From positions 33,073 to 97,072 of the forward strand of contig CAJBDJ010000003.1 of assembly GCA_903951825.1 (NCBI GenBank): 64,000 bases of DNA, read 5' to 3'. The position numbers and the translations under genes were made by a program. The notes below the pieces were generated by a model that saw only the letters and a list, made by a program, of their open reading frames with translations, was not told the origin of the DNA and made no database searches. The stretch is from an uncultured Pseudomonadota bacterium. GTDB taxonomy: Bacteria > Pseudomonadota > Gammaproteobacteria > Burkholderiales > Rhodocyclaceae. This document shows positions 1 through 9,229 of this stretch, one piece after another (position 1 is the stretch's first letter; each line of letters begins with the position of its first letter).

Positions 1-550
1 CAATGATTTGCGACACAAAATCGGGAAACCGCGTAAAGCCGTGGTCACCCCCGGGCAAGACGGTTTGCCGGCAACCAGCGTAGAAATCGACCGCCTGCTG
101 ATAGTCGAGAACCGCATCCCCGGTCTCGCAGAGCAACCAATAGCGCGCCGGATCGGGCGGGCTGACCTGTGCCTTCAATTGCGCCGCATGCGCCTCGGTG
201 AACATGAAGGATTCGCCACCATGAAAATGGCGCTGTTCGCCGACAAATTTGGCGACATCCAGCCGGTCGACCGTCGCCGGGTTGATCAGCACCGCCGGCA
301 GCGCATGTCTTTCCGCAAGGTAATTGGCGTAATGCCCGCCGAGCGAGGAACCCACCAGCGTCACCCGCGCCTCAGCCGCCTCGACAAGGCGTGACATCTG
401 AGCCATGGCCAGCTCGGGGATCGTCGACAGTTGCGGGCAAACGAAGCTGCCGGCGAGCCCGCGGCGGGTCATTTCCGCCGCCAGCAAACGCGACTTCCAC
501 GAGGCCGGCGATGAACAGAAGCCGTGCAGGTAAAGAATCAGGCCGCCCAC
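1..550 (-). CDS. YqiA-like esterase (alpha/beta hydrolase); 3' end runs off the window
   Basis: Absent from the ORF track because it has no stop in the window. My reverse translation reads (V)[19 protein letters not shown]...[20 protein letters not shown]...[19 protein letters not shown], with a GxSxG elbow. GTG at 550 overlaps the uppP stop. The listed + ORF 8..394 is its antisense shadow. Confidence 0.65.
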   Translation of the reverse strand, partial: MGGLILYLHGFCSSPASWKSRLLAAEMTRRGLAGSFVCPQLSTIPELAMAQMSRLVEAAEARVTLVGSSLGGHYANYLAERHALPAVLINPATVDRLDVAKFVGEQRHFHGGESFMFTEAHAAQLKAQVSPPDPARYWLLCETGDAVLDYQQAVDFYAGCRQTVLPGGDHGFTRFPDFVSQII

Positions 551-1368
551 TCGACCCAGCCCATTTGCGCGGTCAGCAGCACGACCAGGCCAAAAACGAT
601 GCGATACCAGGCAAACACCGTGAAATCATGGTTGGCAACGTAGCGCAGCAATGCCTTGACAGTCAGCATGGCGGCAACAAAGGAGGCACCAAAGCCGACT
701 GCAAACACCGGCAGATCGTCGATGCGCAACAAGCCCCAGTTCTTGTAGACGTCGTAAACGGTTGCCGCAAACATGGTCGGAATTGCCAGAAAAAAAGAAA
801 ACTCCGTCGCCGTCTTGCGTGATAAACCAAAGACCAGCCCGCCCATGATCGTCGCTGCGGATCGGGAGGTGCCGGGGAACATCGCCAAGGCCTGAGCAAA
901 GCCGACTTTCAGCGCATCCGGCCAGCGCATTTCATCAATGCTGTTCAGGCGCGGGGGAGCCACCTTGCGCTCGATGTAGAGAATCAGGAAGCCCCCGACA
1001 ATCAGCGCCCCGGCAACGGTCAAGGGGTTGAAGAGATAGGTTTTGATGGTGCTGTGAAACAACAACCCGAGCACGGCCGCCGGCAAAAAGCCGATAATCA
1101 GGAGACTGGCAAAACGCTGCTGCAACGGATCGGCGGCCAGCCCGCCCAGCACCTTGCCGATGCGCTCGCGAAAATCCCAGCAGACCGCAAGAATGGCGCC
1201 GAGCTGGATGACGATCTTGAACACCTTGCTTTGTTCGTCGGTGTAGCCAAGGAGGCTGCCGGCGATGATCAGATGACCGGTTGAAGAAACCGGCAGAAAT
1301 TCGGTCAAACCTTCAATCACCCCGAGAATCAGGGCCTTGAGGAGAAGAATGGGATCCATGCTGAACAC
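538..1368 (-). CDS. uppP: undecaprenyl-diphosphate phosphatase
   Basis: 276 aa polytopic membrane protein. The N-terminus ...[20 protein letters not shown]... and the [10 protein letters not shown] motif are typical of UppP/BacA. Confidence 0.95.
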   Translation of the reverse strand: MFSMDPILLLKALILGVIEGLTEFLPVSSTGHLIIAGSLLGYTDEQSKVFKIVIQLGAILAVCWDFRERIGKVLGGLAADPLQQRFASLLIIGFLPAAVLGLLFHSTIKTYLFNPLTVAGALIVGGFLILYIERKVAPPRLNSIDEMRWPDALKVGFAQALAMFPGTSRSAATIMGGLVFGLSRKTATEFSFFLAIPTMFAATVYDVYKNWGLLRIDDLPVFAVGFGASFVAAMLTVKALLRYVANHDFTVFAWYRIVFGLVVLLTAQMGWVEWAA

Positions 1369-1395
1369 TCGCTGACGAAGGGCGGCATTTTAACC

Positions 1396-1668
1396 TCATG
1401 GGCGCGTCGCCCTCTCCAAATTGCTCAGCCAGCGCATTGCCTGTGCCGCTGTTTCACCGCACATATCCGGCGCCGGCTGCAAACCCGAACAACAGGCCGG
1501 ACGTTCGGGGTGGCCGAATATCCGGCAGCGCAATTCGCCGTCAAGATGGCGGCAAGCGACGCCAGCCGGCTTGTTCAGGGAAGAAATCGAAGGCGCAATG
1601 CAACAGGCGGCGCAGCCGGCTCGGCAAGTCATCGGCGTAGCGGAATCGACTGGGTGGTTTTCGCGCAT
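1396..1668 (-). CDS. YkgJ-family cysteine-cluster (zinc/iron-chelating) protein
   Basis: The C-terminal 90 aa of ORF 1396..1899 read MRENHPV...CRAGCAACCIAP...CRHL...CRIFGHPERPACCSGL, a CxxCxxCC-type cluster. I place the start at the internal ATG 1668. The upstream 77 codons look non-coding. Confidence 0.55.
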   Translation of the reverse strand: MRENHPVDSATPMTCRAGCAACCIAPSISSLNKPAGVACRHLDGELRCRIFGHPERPACCSGLQPAPDMCGETAAQAMRWLSNLERATRP

Positions 1669-1916
1669 CAGCGATTGTCGCCGATTACATTCGCAAGCCG
1701 AATTTCGGGTCGGCACGGGGCGCCCGAAATCGGTGCAAAAATCAATTCCATGGCCATTTTTCCCCGAATTTGCAGAACCCCATGCACCACCGAAAAGCAC
1801 GACAGGGCGCCGATTGCACCATTGCCGGGCGCATGAAAATATAGTTTTTCCGAGTCGAAACAATGGCATAAAAGCGCTTCTATAATGCGCGCCTCTCACC
1901 TCTGGAAAATCAGCTC

Positions 1917-2954
1917 ATGTCCCTCACTCTCCTCGATCAACGCGCCAGCAATCCCGTCGCCCAACTCGGTAACTCCCATGGCTACTGCCTCGCCGGCGAC
2001 CTCGCCCACCTCAACGCCGAAATTCTTTGCGACGAAGCCCGTCTGACAGGTCAGGAATGGGCGCTACAGCTTTGGACCGACGAAGGTGTGAAAATCGCTG
2101 AATTGCAACTCGGCCTGCTGCAACCCAACGGCAGCGGCTGCATCGTCGTCAATGGCAGCAGCGCCGCCCTGCCGCCGGCCAGCGAAGGCCCGCATATCGT
2201 CTCCATGGTTCTGCTTTCCGGCTTTGGCAATCCCGACACCGTTGAAGACCTCGTCAGTTATCCGCAAGCCGTCAGCTTCATCCAGCCACGCCTGCGCGGA
2301 ACCGTCTGTAGTGGCTTCACCGATGAGCAGATTACCTTCAACATCGCCCGCATCGAGAACCCGCGCGAAGCCGACAACATCAGCGGCACACTGGCGCTCG
2401 AACTGTGGGCGCTCGACACCCCGTACGTCGGCGGCGCGTGGAGCGGCGTCCCCGTCGCCAGCCTCATCCTCGGCACCCTGAACGGCCAGAGCGCCTGGGA
2501 AGATTGCCGCTACACCACCCACGCCGGCCCGCTGCCGGCCACCGGCGAACTGACGCTGATGCTGCGCGAATGGACGCCGGCCGGCTACCTGACCCGCGAC
2601 TACCGCGCACTGGCACGTCCCAGCCTCAGTCCGGCGCAGGCCGAGGTCGCCGCGCCCAAGGCCAAACCCGCCAGCCGGGGCAAAAGCAAAACCGCGCCCG
2701 TCGCCCAACCGGCGGCCGAAAAGCCCAAACCGGCTAAGGCCAAGCCCACGGCTGCGGCGGCTTCTACCATTGCTGGCAAGGTCTCGATCAACAGCGCCAG
2801 CGTCGCCCAGCTGAATGCCGCCAAAGGCATCAGCGAAGCGCTCGCCCACGCCATCATCGCTGCTCGTCCCTTCGCCAAGCTTGACGACCTGATCCGTCTC
2901 AAAGGCGTCGGCGAAAAATTGCTGGAAAAACTGCGCGACAATCTCACGCTGTAA
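1917..2954 (+). CDS. hypothetical protein with C-terminal ComEA-like helix-hairpin-helix DNA-binding domain
   Basis: 345 aa. The C-terminus VSINSASVAQLNAAKGISEALAHAIIAARPFAKLDDLIRLKGVGEKLLEKL is a tandem HhH preceded by an Ala/Pro/Lys-rich linker. The N-terminal 240 aa are unassigned. Confidence 0.6.
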   Translation: MSLTLLDQRASNPVAQLGNSHGYCLAGDLAHLNAEILCDEARLTGQEWALQLWTDEGVKIAELQLGLLQPNGSGCIVVNGSSAALPPASEGPHIVSMVLLSGFGNPDTVEDLVSYPQAVSFIQPRLRGTVCSGFTDEQITFNIARIENPREADNISGTLALELWALDTPYVGGAWSGVPVASLILGTLNGQSAWEDCRYTTHAGPLPATGELTLMLREWTPAGYLTRDYRALARPSLSPAQAEVAAPKAKPASRGKSKTAPVAQPAAEKPKPAKAKPTAAAASTIAGKVSINSASVAQLNAAKGISEALAHAIIAARPFAKLDDLIRLKGVGEKLLEKLRDNLTL

Positions 2955-3029
2955 GTGGGGTTGCAAGGCCGGAACCGCCGAAAATTCCGCGCTAACCAAC
3001 CTGTCAAAATAAACCAACTTGGTTAAATT

Positions 3030-3539
3030 TCAGTCTATGGAGAAACGAACCCCGCATTGCAAGTTGGCCATGGTCAAAACATTGGTAGAAGCTGGCAACG
3101 TGCGAACCTTGATCTCGCCGCTCTGGCTGTCGCGGTAGCGAAAGCTGACTTGGCCATTCTCACAGGCCAGGATGTCGGATTCCCGGAGCACACCCCGATA
3201 GAAGTAGCGGCCGAGATAGACGAGCGCCTTCTCGCCGTTGCCGACGCTTTTGCAATCGGCCACCCATTTCTTGGGCAGTTGGGCAGGCAAGCCCAGCCCG
3301 GCCTGCTTGAGCGCGGCGAGTAGTTTGGCGCGAAATACTTTGGCCAAGGCCTGGTGATTGAAGAGATAGCTGGTCTTGGTCCGCCAGCGCCGCGTGCGGG
3401 CATCCAGGGTGGCCGCCGGCATGGCGAGATGGACATGCGGGTAATGGACTGCGTACTCGAAACTGCCGGGCAGGAGCTGTTTCTCCAGATCGACAGCAAG
3501 AAAGCGCGGGCTGGTATCGATGAGTTTGTAACGCGCCAT
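3030..3539 (-). pseudogene. chimeric transposase remnant (IS1182-type N-terminus fused to IS91-type internal fragment)
   Basis: In the 169 aa ORF, aa 1-32 (MARYKLIDTSPRFLAVDLEKQLLPGSFEYAV) resemble IS1182-family transposase N-termini. Aa 33 onward (PHVH...LAKVFRAKLLAAL...KWV...ALVYLGRY...VSFRYRD) resemble the IS91/Y2 transposase core. Both pieces are far shorter than intact genes. Confidence 0.6.
3037..3138 (+). pseudogene. 5' fragment of an mqsR-type toxin gene
   Basis: My translation is MEKRTPHCKLAMVKTLVEAGNVRT, followed by unrelated residues and a stop at codon 34. Compare the E. coli MqsR N-terminus MEKRTPHTRLSQVKKLVNAGQVRT. It is too short for the ORF track. Confidence 0.5.
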
Positions 3540-3749
3540 CGGCGTCTCCTGAATGCAATCCTTTCTTTGAGTATTGTTATTCCAGATCGTTCACGGCACG
3601 ATGCTGGGATGTTGATGCCATGGGCAGCCCTTGATCCTGCTCAAACGCGATGGACGGCCGCGGTAGCGAAATAATTCCTTGCTCAGGTATCATGGCTAGC
3701 GTTGTGGCATATATGCCGGCGTGACCAATAGCGAATCGGGAAGCTGAAC

Positions 3750-4673
3750 ATGGCGAGAGAGCGGGTTTTGGTAGTCGACGACGAGCAATTCAACTTGCTC
3801 ATCATTGAAGAGTTCCTGGCGGCTGAAGACCTTTCGCTGGAATTGCATGCTGATCCGCTGCTGGCCTGGGATGCGTTGCACGCCGCCGACAGTGACTTTG
3901 CCCTGGTGCTGCTTGATCGCATGATGCCCGGTCTCGACGGCATTGATTTTCTGCGCCGCATGAAAGCCGAGAGCCGCTTTTCCAGCGTTCCAGTCATCAT
4001 GCAAACCGTCGCTTCGTCGCTTGAGCAAGTGCGTCAGGGTCATGCGGCCGGGGCATATTACTACCTGACCAAACCCTACACGCCGGAAGCCTTGGTTTCA
4101 ATTGTTCGGGCGGCGCTTGATGATCGTTGTCGTTGCCTGCAGTTGCTTGACCGCTCAGTACTTCTTGAGGAGGCACAAACTCTGCTCTGCGGCGTCGAAT
4201 ATCGTTTCGTCACTCTCGAAGATGTCAGTTGCCTGGTGCCTATCCTTGCCGCCTTGTGCTCCAACCCGGATGCGGTCGCCTCCGGCCTCGCCGATCTGAT
4301 GGTCAATGCCGTTGAGCACGGCAATCTGGGTATCAGCTACCGTGAAAAATCACGGCTCAAAAAGAGCGGTGACTGGGCCGGTGAAATTACCAAACGCCTT
4401 GCGCTGGCGCCCTATGCCGGTCGCTCGGCAAGCATTCGCGCTGAGCGTACGACGGAGGGAATGGTGTTTACCATCACCGATCAGGGCGAGGGCTTCGATT
4501 GGGAAAAGTACATCGATTTCGATCCGGATCGTGCTTTTGATCTGAACGGTCGGGGTATCGCGTTGGCTCGCCTGATCAGTTTCTCGTCCCTGACCTATCG
4601 GGGAAAAGGCAACGTTGTCGTTGCTATAGCGGGTGCCGAAGGTGCGTCCACCAGCCAGCGGCCGGGGTGCTAA
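3750..4673 (+). CDS. response regulator receiver domain fused to SpoIIAB/RsbW-like ATP-binding domain
   Basis: The N-terminus VLVVDDEQFN...LLDRMMPGLDG...YLTKPY is a REC domain. The C-terminus LMVNAVEHGN...ITDQGEGFD...NGRGIALAR is a GHKL ATPase fold. Confidence 0.8.
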   Translation: MARERVLVVDDEQFNLLIIEEFLAAEDLSLELHADPLLAWDALHAADSDFALVLLDRMMPGLDGIDFLRRMKAESRFSSVPVIMQTVASSLEQVRQGHAAGAYYYLTKPYTPEALVSIVRAALDDRCRCLQLLDRSVLLEEAQTLLCGVEYRFVTLEDVSCLVPILAALCSNPDAVASGLADLMVNAVEHGNLGISYREKSRLKKSGDWAGEITKRLALAPYAGRSASIRAERTTEGMVFTITDQGEGFDWEKYIDFDPDRAFDLNGRGIALARLISFSSLTYRGKGNVVVAIAGAEGASTSQRPGC

Positions 4674-5677
4674 CGAATTATTGCCGTGGGTTTGAAGCCG
4701 ACGGCCAGGCGGATTTTTTCAGCCATTTTGTCGGCTTCAGCGCGATTGCCATAGGGACCCAGATGCAGGCGATGGATGCCGCCAGCCACCTGAATACGCA
4801 TCGGCTCAGTGAGCCAATCGAGATCGCGGCTCAGGTGGTTTTTGAAGTTCTCGGCGTTGTCGGCATTGGCAAACGCACCCAGTTGAAGATAAACCCCTTT
4901 GACAGGTTCGCCGCCGGGTGCTGCCGAGGCACCCGCTGAAGTGCTTTGCGCCGACATCTCAGTAGTCGTTAACTGGCGAGCCAGGGCGCTGATTTCGTCC
5001 TCCTCGGCGCGACTGGCGGCGGCTGGCGTTGATGGCTGAGCATAGGTCGTTCCGCCCGGCTCGCCCGGGAGAATTGCTTCGACCTCGACCTGCCCGCTGC
5101 CGCCATGAATCAGCCCGAGCTTGTAGGCGGCGGAGTAGGAGAGATCGATGATGCGATCAGCGTGGAAAGGGCCGCGATCAATGACCCGAACAATCACCGC
5201 TTCGCCGCTTTGCACATGGGTGACGCGGACGTAGGAGGGCAGCGCCAGCGTCGGGTGGGCGGCGGTCATCGCGAACATGTTGTAAGGCTCGCCGATCGAG
5301 GTTTTCTGGCCGTGAAATTTTTTGCCGTACCAACTGGCAATGCCGCGCGCCTTGTAGGGCTTGAGGCTGGTGTTCGGTACGTATTCCTTGCCGAAAACGA
5401 CATAAGGCCGGGTTGCCGGCTTATGTAGCGGTTCCCATTTCGGCTCGGCATCGGGAATGTCGTCGAGTCCGTCCGGAATATCGTCGGCCGGCCCGTCATC
5501 CTTGTAAAACCCTCCGCCCTTCTTCAGCGGCGGATTAACCTTCCGGGTTGGCGTTTTCGACTTGGCAAGCGGCTCGCTTGGCGGGCGGGCTGTCACCACA
5601 GGAGCGCTGGGTGGCGGCACACCGGCGCACGCGGCAAGCAACAAGGTGATCAGCAGCGGTGTCAGGCGGCGGATCAT
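4670..5677 (-). CDS. rlpA: septal ring lytic transglycosylase RlpA with C-terminal SPOR domain
   Basis: Lipoprotein signal LLAACAG. The DPBB core reads GIASWYGKKFHGQKTSIGEPYNMFAMTAAHPTLALPSYVRVT...RVIDRGPF. The C-terminus YLQLGAFANADNAENF is SPOR-like. Confidence 0.9.
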   Translation of the reverse strand: MIRRLTPLLITLLLAACAGVPPPSAPVVTARPPSEPLAKSKTPTRKVNPPLKKGGGFYKDDGPADDIPDGLDDIPDAEPKWEPLHKPATRPYVVFGKEYVPNTSLKPYKARGIASWYGKKFHGQKTSIGEPYNMFAMTAAHPTLALPSYVRVTHVQSGEAVIVRVIDRGPFHADRIIDLSYSAAYKLGLIHGGSGQVEVEAILPGEPGGTTYAQPSTPAAASRAEEDEISALARQLTTTEMSAQSTSAGASAAPGGEPVKGVYLQLGAFANADNAENFKNHLSRDLDWLTEPMRIQVAGGIHRLHLGPYGNRAEADKMAEKIRLAVGFKPTAIIR

Positions 5678-6786
5678 TTTTTCATCAAGCGGCGATGGGT
5701 TTCAATCGACATCAGGATGCCGATACCAAGAAACAGGGTCACCAGCGCCGTGCCGCCGTAACTCATGAATGGCAGCGGGACGCCCACTACCGGCAGAATC
5801 CCGCTGACCATGCCCATGTTGATGAAGGCATAGGTGAAGAAGCCAAGGGTGATGGCGCCGGCCAGCAGGCGGGCGAAGGGCGTCACCGCCGCCGCCGCGA
5901 TCATCATTCCGCGCCCGATTAGCAAGGTGTAGAGAAAAAGGAGCAGGCTGTTGCCCAGCAGCCCCCATTCTTCGGAATAGACGGCAAAAATGAAGTCGGT
6001 GTGTTTTTCCGGAATGAATTCAAGGTGCGTCTGCGTACCATTCAGATAGCCTTTGCCGAGCGACCCGCCCGAACCAATGGCAATCGTCGATTGGATGATG
6101 TGGTAGCCGGCGCCGAGTGGGTCGGTTGTGGGGTCGATCAAGGTCAGAATGCGCTTGCGCTGGTAGTCGTGCAGCATCCCCCAGAGGAATGGCGCAGCCG
6201 CACCGGCAGCGGCGAGCAGGCCGATGATGACTTTCCACGGCAGGCCGGCGAGAAAAATAACGTAAAACCCGGCGGCGCCGACGAGCAGCGCGGTGCCGAG
6301 GTCAGGCTGCTTGGCGATGATGAGAAAGGGTACGAGAACAAGTAGAGCCGCGCCGAGATAATGGCGCGGCTTGAGGGTAGCCTCGAATTTATGGAAATAC
6401 CAGGCGAGCATCAGCGGCATGGCTATTTTCATGATCTCGGACGGCTGTATCCGGGTGAAGCCAAGCGACAGCCAGCGCCGGGCGCCATTGACGGTAATCC
6501 CGAAGAGCAAAACGGCAATAATCAGCAAGAGGCCGAGTACGTAAAGGGGAACGGCAAAATTCATCAGCTTGTGCGGCGGCACCCGTGCCACCAGCCACAT
6601 GATCGTCATCGCCAGCGCCATATTGCCGGCCTGTGGAAGCATTCGCTGATAGCCGTCGATGGTCGCCGAGTGAATCGTTGCCAAGCCGATTGCCATAATC
6701 GCCATGGTGATCAGCAGAAGCGAAAAGTCGACGTGTTTGATGGCGTTGAGCCACCAGCGTCTGAGGGTGCCGACTACGTCGATCAT
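5674..6786 (-). CDS. rodA: peptidoglycan glycosyltransferase RodA (SEDS family)
   Basis: 370 aa polytopic SEDS protein lying downstream of mrdA with a 4-nt overlap. It contains the ...TDFIFAVYSEEWGLLG... motif. Confidence 0.95.
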   Translation of the reverse strand: MIDVVGTLRRWWLNAIKHVDFSLLLITMAIMAIGLATIHSATIDGYQRMLPQAGNMALAMTIMWLVARVPPHKLMNFAVPLYVLGLLLIIAVLLFGITVNGARRWLSLGFTRIQPSEIMKIAMPLMLAWYFHKFEATLKPRHYLGAALLVLVPFLIIAKQPDLGTALLVGAAGFYVIFLAGLPWKVIIGLLAAAGAAAPFLWGMLHDYQRKRILTLIDPTTDPLGAGYHIIQSTIAIGSGGSLGKGYLNGTQTHLEFIPEKHTDFIFAVYSEEWGLLGNSLLLFLYTLLIGRGMMIAAAAVTPFARLLAGAITLGFFTYAFINMGMVSGILPVVGVPLPFMSYGGTALVTLFLGIGILMSIETHRRLMKK

Positions 6787-8711
6787 TCGGTCGCGTCTGC
6801 TTCAATGGCTTCGCTGTCTTCGTCGGCAGCGCCGGCCGGCAGTTTGCCGAGCAGATAATAGTCGAGCACCATGCGCGCAATGGGCGCCGCCGACTGTGCG
6901 CCGAAGCCGCCATTTTCAACGAGCACCGCGAGGGCGATTTTGGGCTTGTCGGCAGGGGCGTAGGCGATGAACAGCGCGTGGTCGCGCAACTCTTTCTTGA
7001 CCGCACTTTCTTTGTATTGGCCGCCCTTCAGGGAAAAGACCTGCGCCGTGCCGGTTTTGCCTGCCGCCTCGTAGCCGGCACCGGCAAAGGCGCGGGCGCC
7101 AGTGCCTTCCGTATTGACGCCGACCATGGCGCGCCGGATGACGTCAACGTGCTGTGGCTTGAGATTCAGATCACGAAGCGGCTCGGGCTCGACGAGGCGC
7201 TTCTCGCCCGTTCGTGCGTCAACAATGTTGCGTACCAGATGCGGGCGGAACATGACGCCGTTGTTGGCGACAACAGCGGTTGCCTGCGCCAGCTGGATGG
7301 GCGTGTAGGCGTTGTAGCCCTGGCCGATGCCGATGGAGATCGTCTCGCCGGCATACCATTTTTGTTGTTCCGGCTTCTTGAAGCGCTTTTTCTTCCATTC
7401 TTGCGACGGTAGTACGCCTTTCGACTCGCCGGAATCGTCCTTGCCGAGATCAACGCCGGTTCGCTGACCAAACCCCAGTTGTGCCATGAACTTGGCGATA
7501 TTGTCGATACCCATGTCGTTGGCTAGAAGATAGTAGTAGGTGTCACAGGAGTGAACGATGGACTTATACATATCGACCATACCGTGCCCGCCCTTTTTGT
7601 CATCGCGGAACTGGTGGTTGCCAAAATTGAAATAGCCGGGGTCACTGATGCTTTGATTCGGTGTCCGCTTACCCATTTCCAGCGCCGCTAGCGCCATGAA
7701 GGGCTTGAAGGTCGATCCAGGTGGGTAGGCGCCGTTGATCGCCCGGTTGATCATCGGCTTGCTGGGATGCTCGTTGAGTTCTTTCCAGTTTTCCGGCGTG
7801 ATGCCATCGACGAACATATTGGGATCATAGGTCGGGTTGGAAACCAGGGCGAGGATACCGCCGGTTTCCGGTTCGATGGCGACGACAGATCCTTTGCGAT
7901 CACCAAAGGCCTTTTCGGTGATTTCCTGGAGTTTGGCATCGAGCGTGAGCTGCAGATTGTTGCCGGAAACCGGTGGGATGCGTTTCAGGCTGCGCACCGC
8001 GCGACCACCGGCATCGATTTCAACTTCTTCGTAGCCGGTTTCGCCATGCAGCTCGAATTCGTAATGTTGCTCGAGTCCGGTCTTTCCAACGTGGTCGGTA
8101 CCCTTGTAATTGGCTTGCCGCTCCGAGTCCTCAATCCACTTGAGGTCGCGTTCGGTGATCCGGCCGATGTAGCCAATGGCATGTGAGGCAACGTGGCTGA
8201 GCGGATACTGGCGGAAAAGTCGCGCCTTGACCTCGACACCGGGAAAACGGTAACGCTGGGCGGTAAAGGTGGCCACTTCGCTGTCGGTGAGGCGGGTTCG
8301 TATCGGGATCGACTCAAAATTCTTGGCTTCGTCGAGGAGTCGCTTGAAGCGCTTGCGATCCTTCGGCTGAATCTCCACGACCTCGCTGAGTGCATCAATT
8401 GTCTCTTCCAAGCCGGAGGTTTGCGAGGGGGTGATTTCCAAAGTGAAAGCCGAGTAGTTGCGTGCCAGAACCACCCCGTTGCGGTCAGTGATGACCCCGC
8501 GGTTCGGCACGATGGGAATCAGCGCGATGCGATTATCTTCAGCGCGCGTCTTGTAGTAGTCGTGATTGATCACCTGCAACCAGAAAAAACGTGTCAGGAG
8601 AACGCCAAAACAGAACAAGACCAGGGCGGCGGAAAAACCGAGCCGAAAACGGAAGCGGGGAAGCTCGCCATCCGGGTTGTGAAATTCGCTCACGGCCAGT
8701 TGTCTCGTCAA
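6783..8711 (-). CDS. mrdA: penicillin-binding protein 2 (elongasome transpeptidase)
   Basis: 642 aa. STFKP and KTGTAQ active-site motifs, located in the mreBCD-mrdA-rodA context. Confidence 0.95.
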   Translation of the reverse strand: MTRQLAVSEFHNPDGELPRFRFRLGFSAALVLFCFGVLLTRFFWLQVINHDYYKTRAEDNRIALIPIVPNRGVITDRNGVVLARNYSAFTLEITPSQTSGLEETIDALSEVVEIQPKDRKRFKRLLDEAKNFESIPIRTRLTDSEVATFTAQRYRFPGVEVKARLFRQYPLSHVASHAIGYIGRITERDLKWIEDSERQANYKGTDHVGKTGLEQHYEFELHGETGYEEVEIDAGGRAVRSLKRIPPVSGNNLQLTLDAKLQEITEKAFGDRKGSVVAIEPETGGILALVSNPTYDPNMFVDGITPENWKELNEHPSKPMINRAINGAYPPGSTFKPFMALAALEMGKRTPNQSISDPGYFNFGNHQFRDDKKGGHGMVDMYKSIVHSCDTYYYLLANDMGIDNIAKFMAQLGFGQRTGVDLGKDDSGESKGVLPSQEWKKKRFKKPEQQKWYAGETISIGIGQGYNAYTPIQLAQATAVVANNGVMFRPHLVRNIVDARTGEKRLVEPEPLRDLNLKPQHVDVIRRAMVGVNTEGTGARAFAGAGYEAAGKTGTAQVFSLKGGQYKESAVKKELRDHALFIAYAPADKPKIALAVLVENGGFGAQSAAPIARMVLDYYLLGKLPAGAADEDSEAIEADATE

Positions 8712-9229
8712 ATCGGCCGGTTAGGGTCTTGCTCAAGCGGCCGGTATTGCGGCAGCAGCAGGATGAAGGTGGCGGGTATCCACAACAGGGTGGCGATCAG
8801 CGGCCCGATGAAATAGCTCCAGCCGGGGAAGTCACCGCCGACCACAACGCGCATCGCAAGTTGCACTCCCTGACAAAGCAGGAGTAAGGGCAAGACTTGC
8901 AAAGCCTGCTGCAGCAAAGGAAACCAGAGAATGCGGCGGGACAGCGAAGCGGTCAGGTAAGCCAGCAGCACGTAGGCAAAACAATGCTGGCCAAGCACCG
9001 AGCCATCGGCCACATCCATCAACAGCCCAAGGATGAAGGCCCAACCCATACCGACGCGGCGGAATTCTCGCACGCTCCAAAAACACAAAACCAGTGCCAC
9101 CCAGTCCGGAACGCCCGGCCAGTGTGCGGTCGGCAGGAGGTTCAGGAGCAATGCCACGATCAGGCTGAAAAAAATGAACCAGGGGCGAACCGGGAGCAGA
9201 ATTCGCGAGGAGGAATGATTGGCTTGCAT
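8708..9229 (-). CDS. mreD: rod shape-determining protein MreD
   Basis: 173 aa hydrophobic protein between mreC and mrdA, with overlapping stop and start codons. Confidence 0.85.
   Translation of the reverse strand: MQANHSSSRILLPVRPWFIFFSLIVALLLNLLPTAHWPGVPDWVALVLCFWSVREFRRVGMGWAFILGLLMDVADGSVLGQHCFAYVLLAYLTASLSRRILWFPLLQQALQVLPLLLLCQGVQLAMRVVVGGDFPGWSYFIGPLIATLLWIPATFILLLPQYRPLEQDPNRPI

Noticed and set aside
8-394. 128 aa + strand ORF at the window start
   Set aside because: It is the antisense shadow of a clearly recognisable minus-strand YqiA-like esterase (GxSxG, LYLHGF). Its own translation is Arg-rich nonsense.
1669-1899. N-terminal 77 codons of ORF 1396..1899
   Set aside because: Only the C-terminal 90 aa show the YkgJ Cys-cluster. 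The upstream part is low-complexity with no homology pattern, so I moved the start to ATG 1668.
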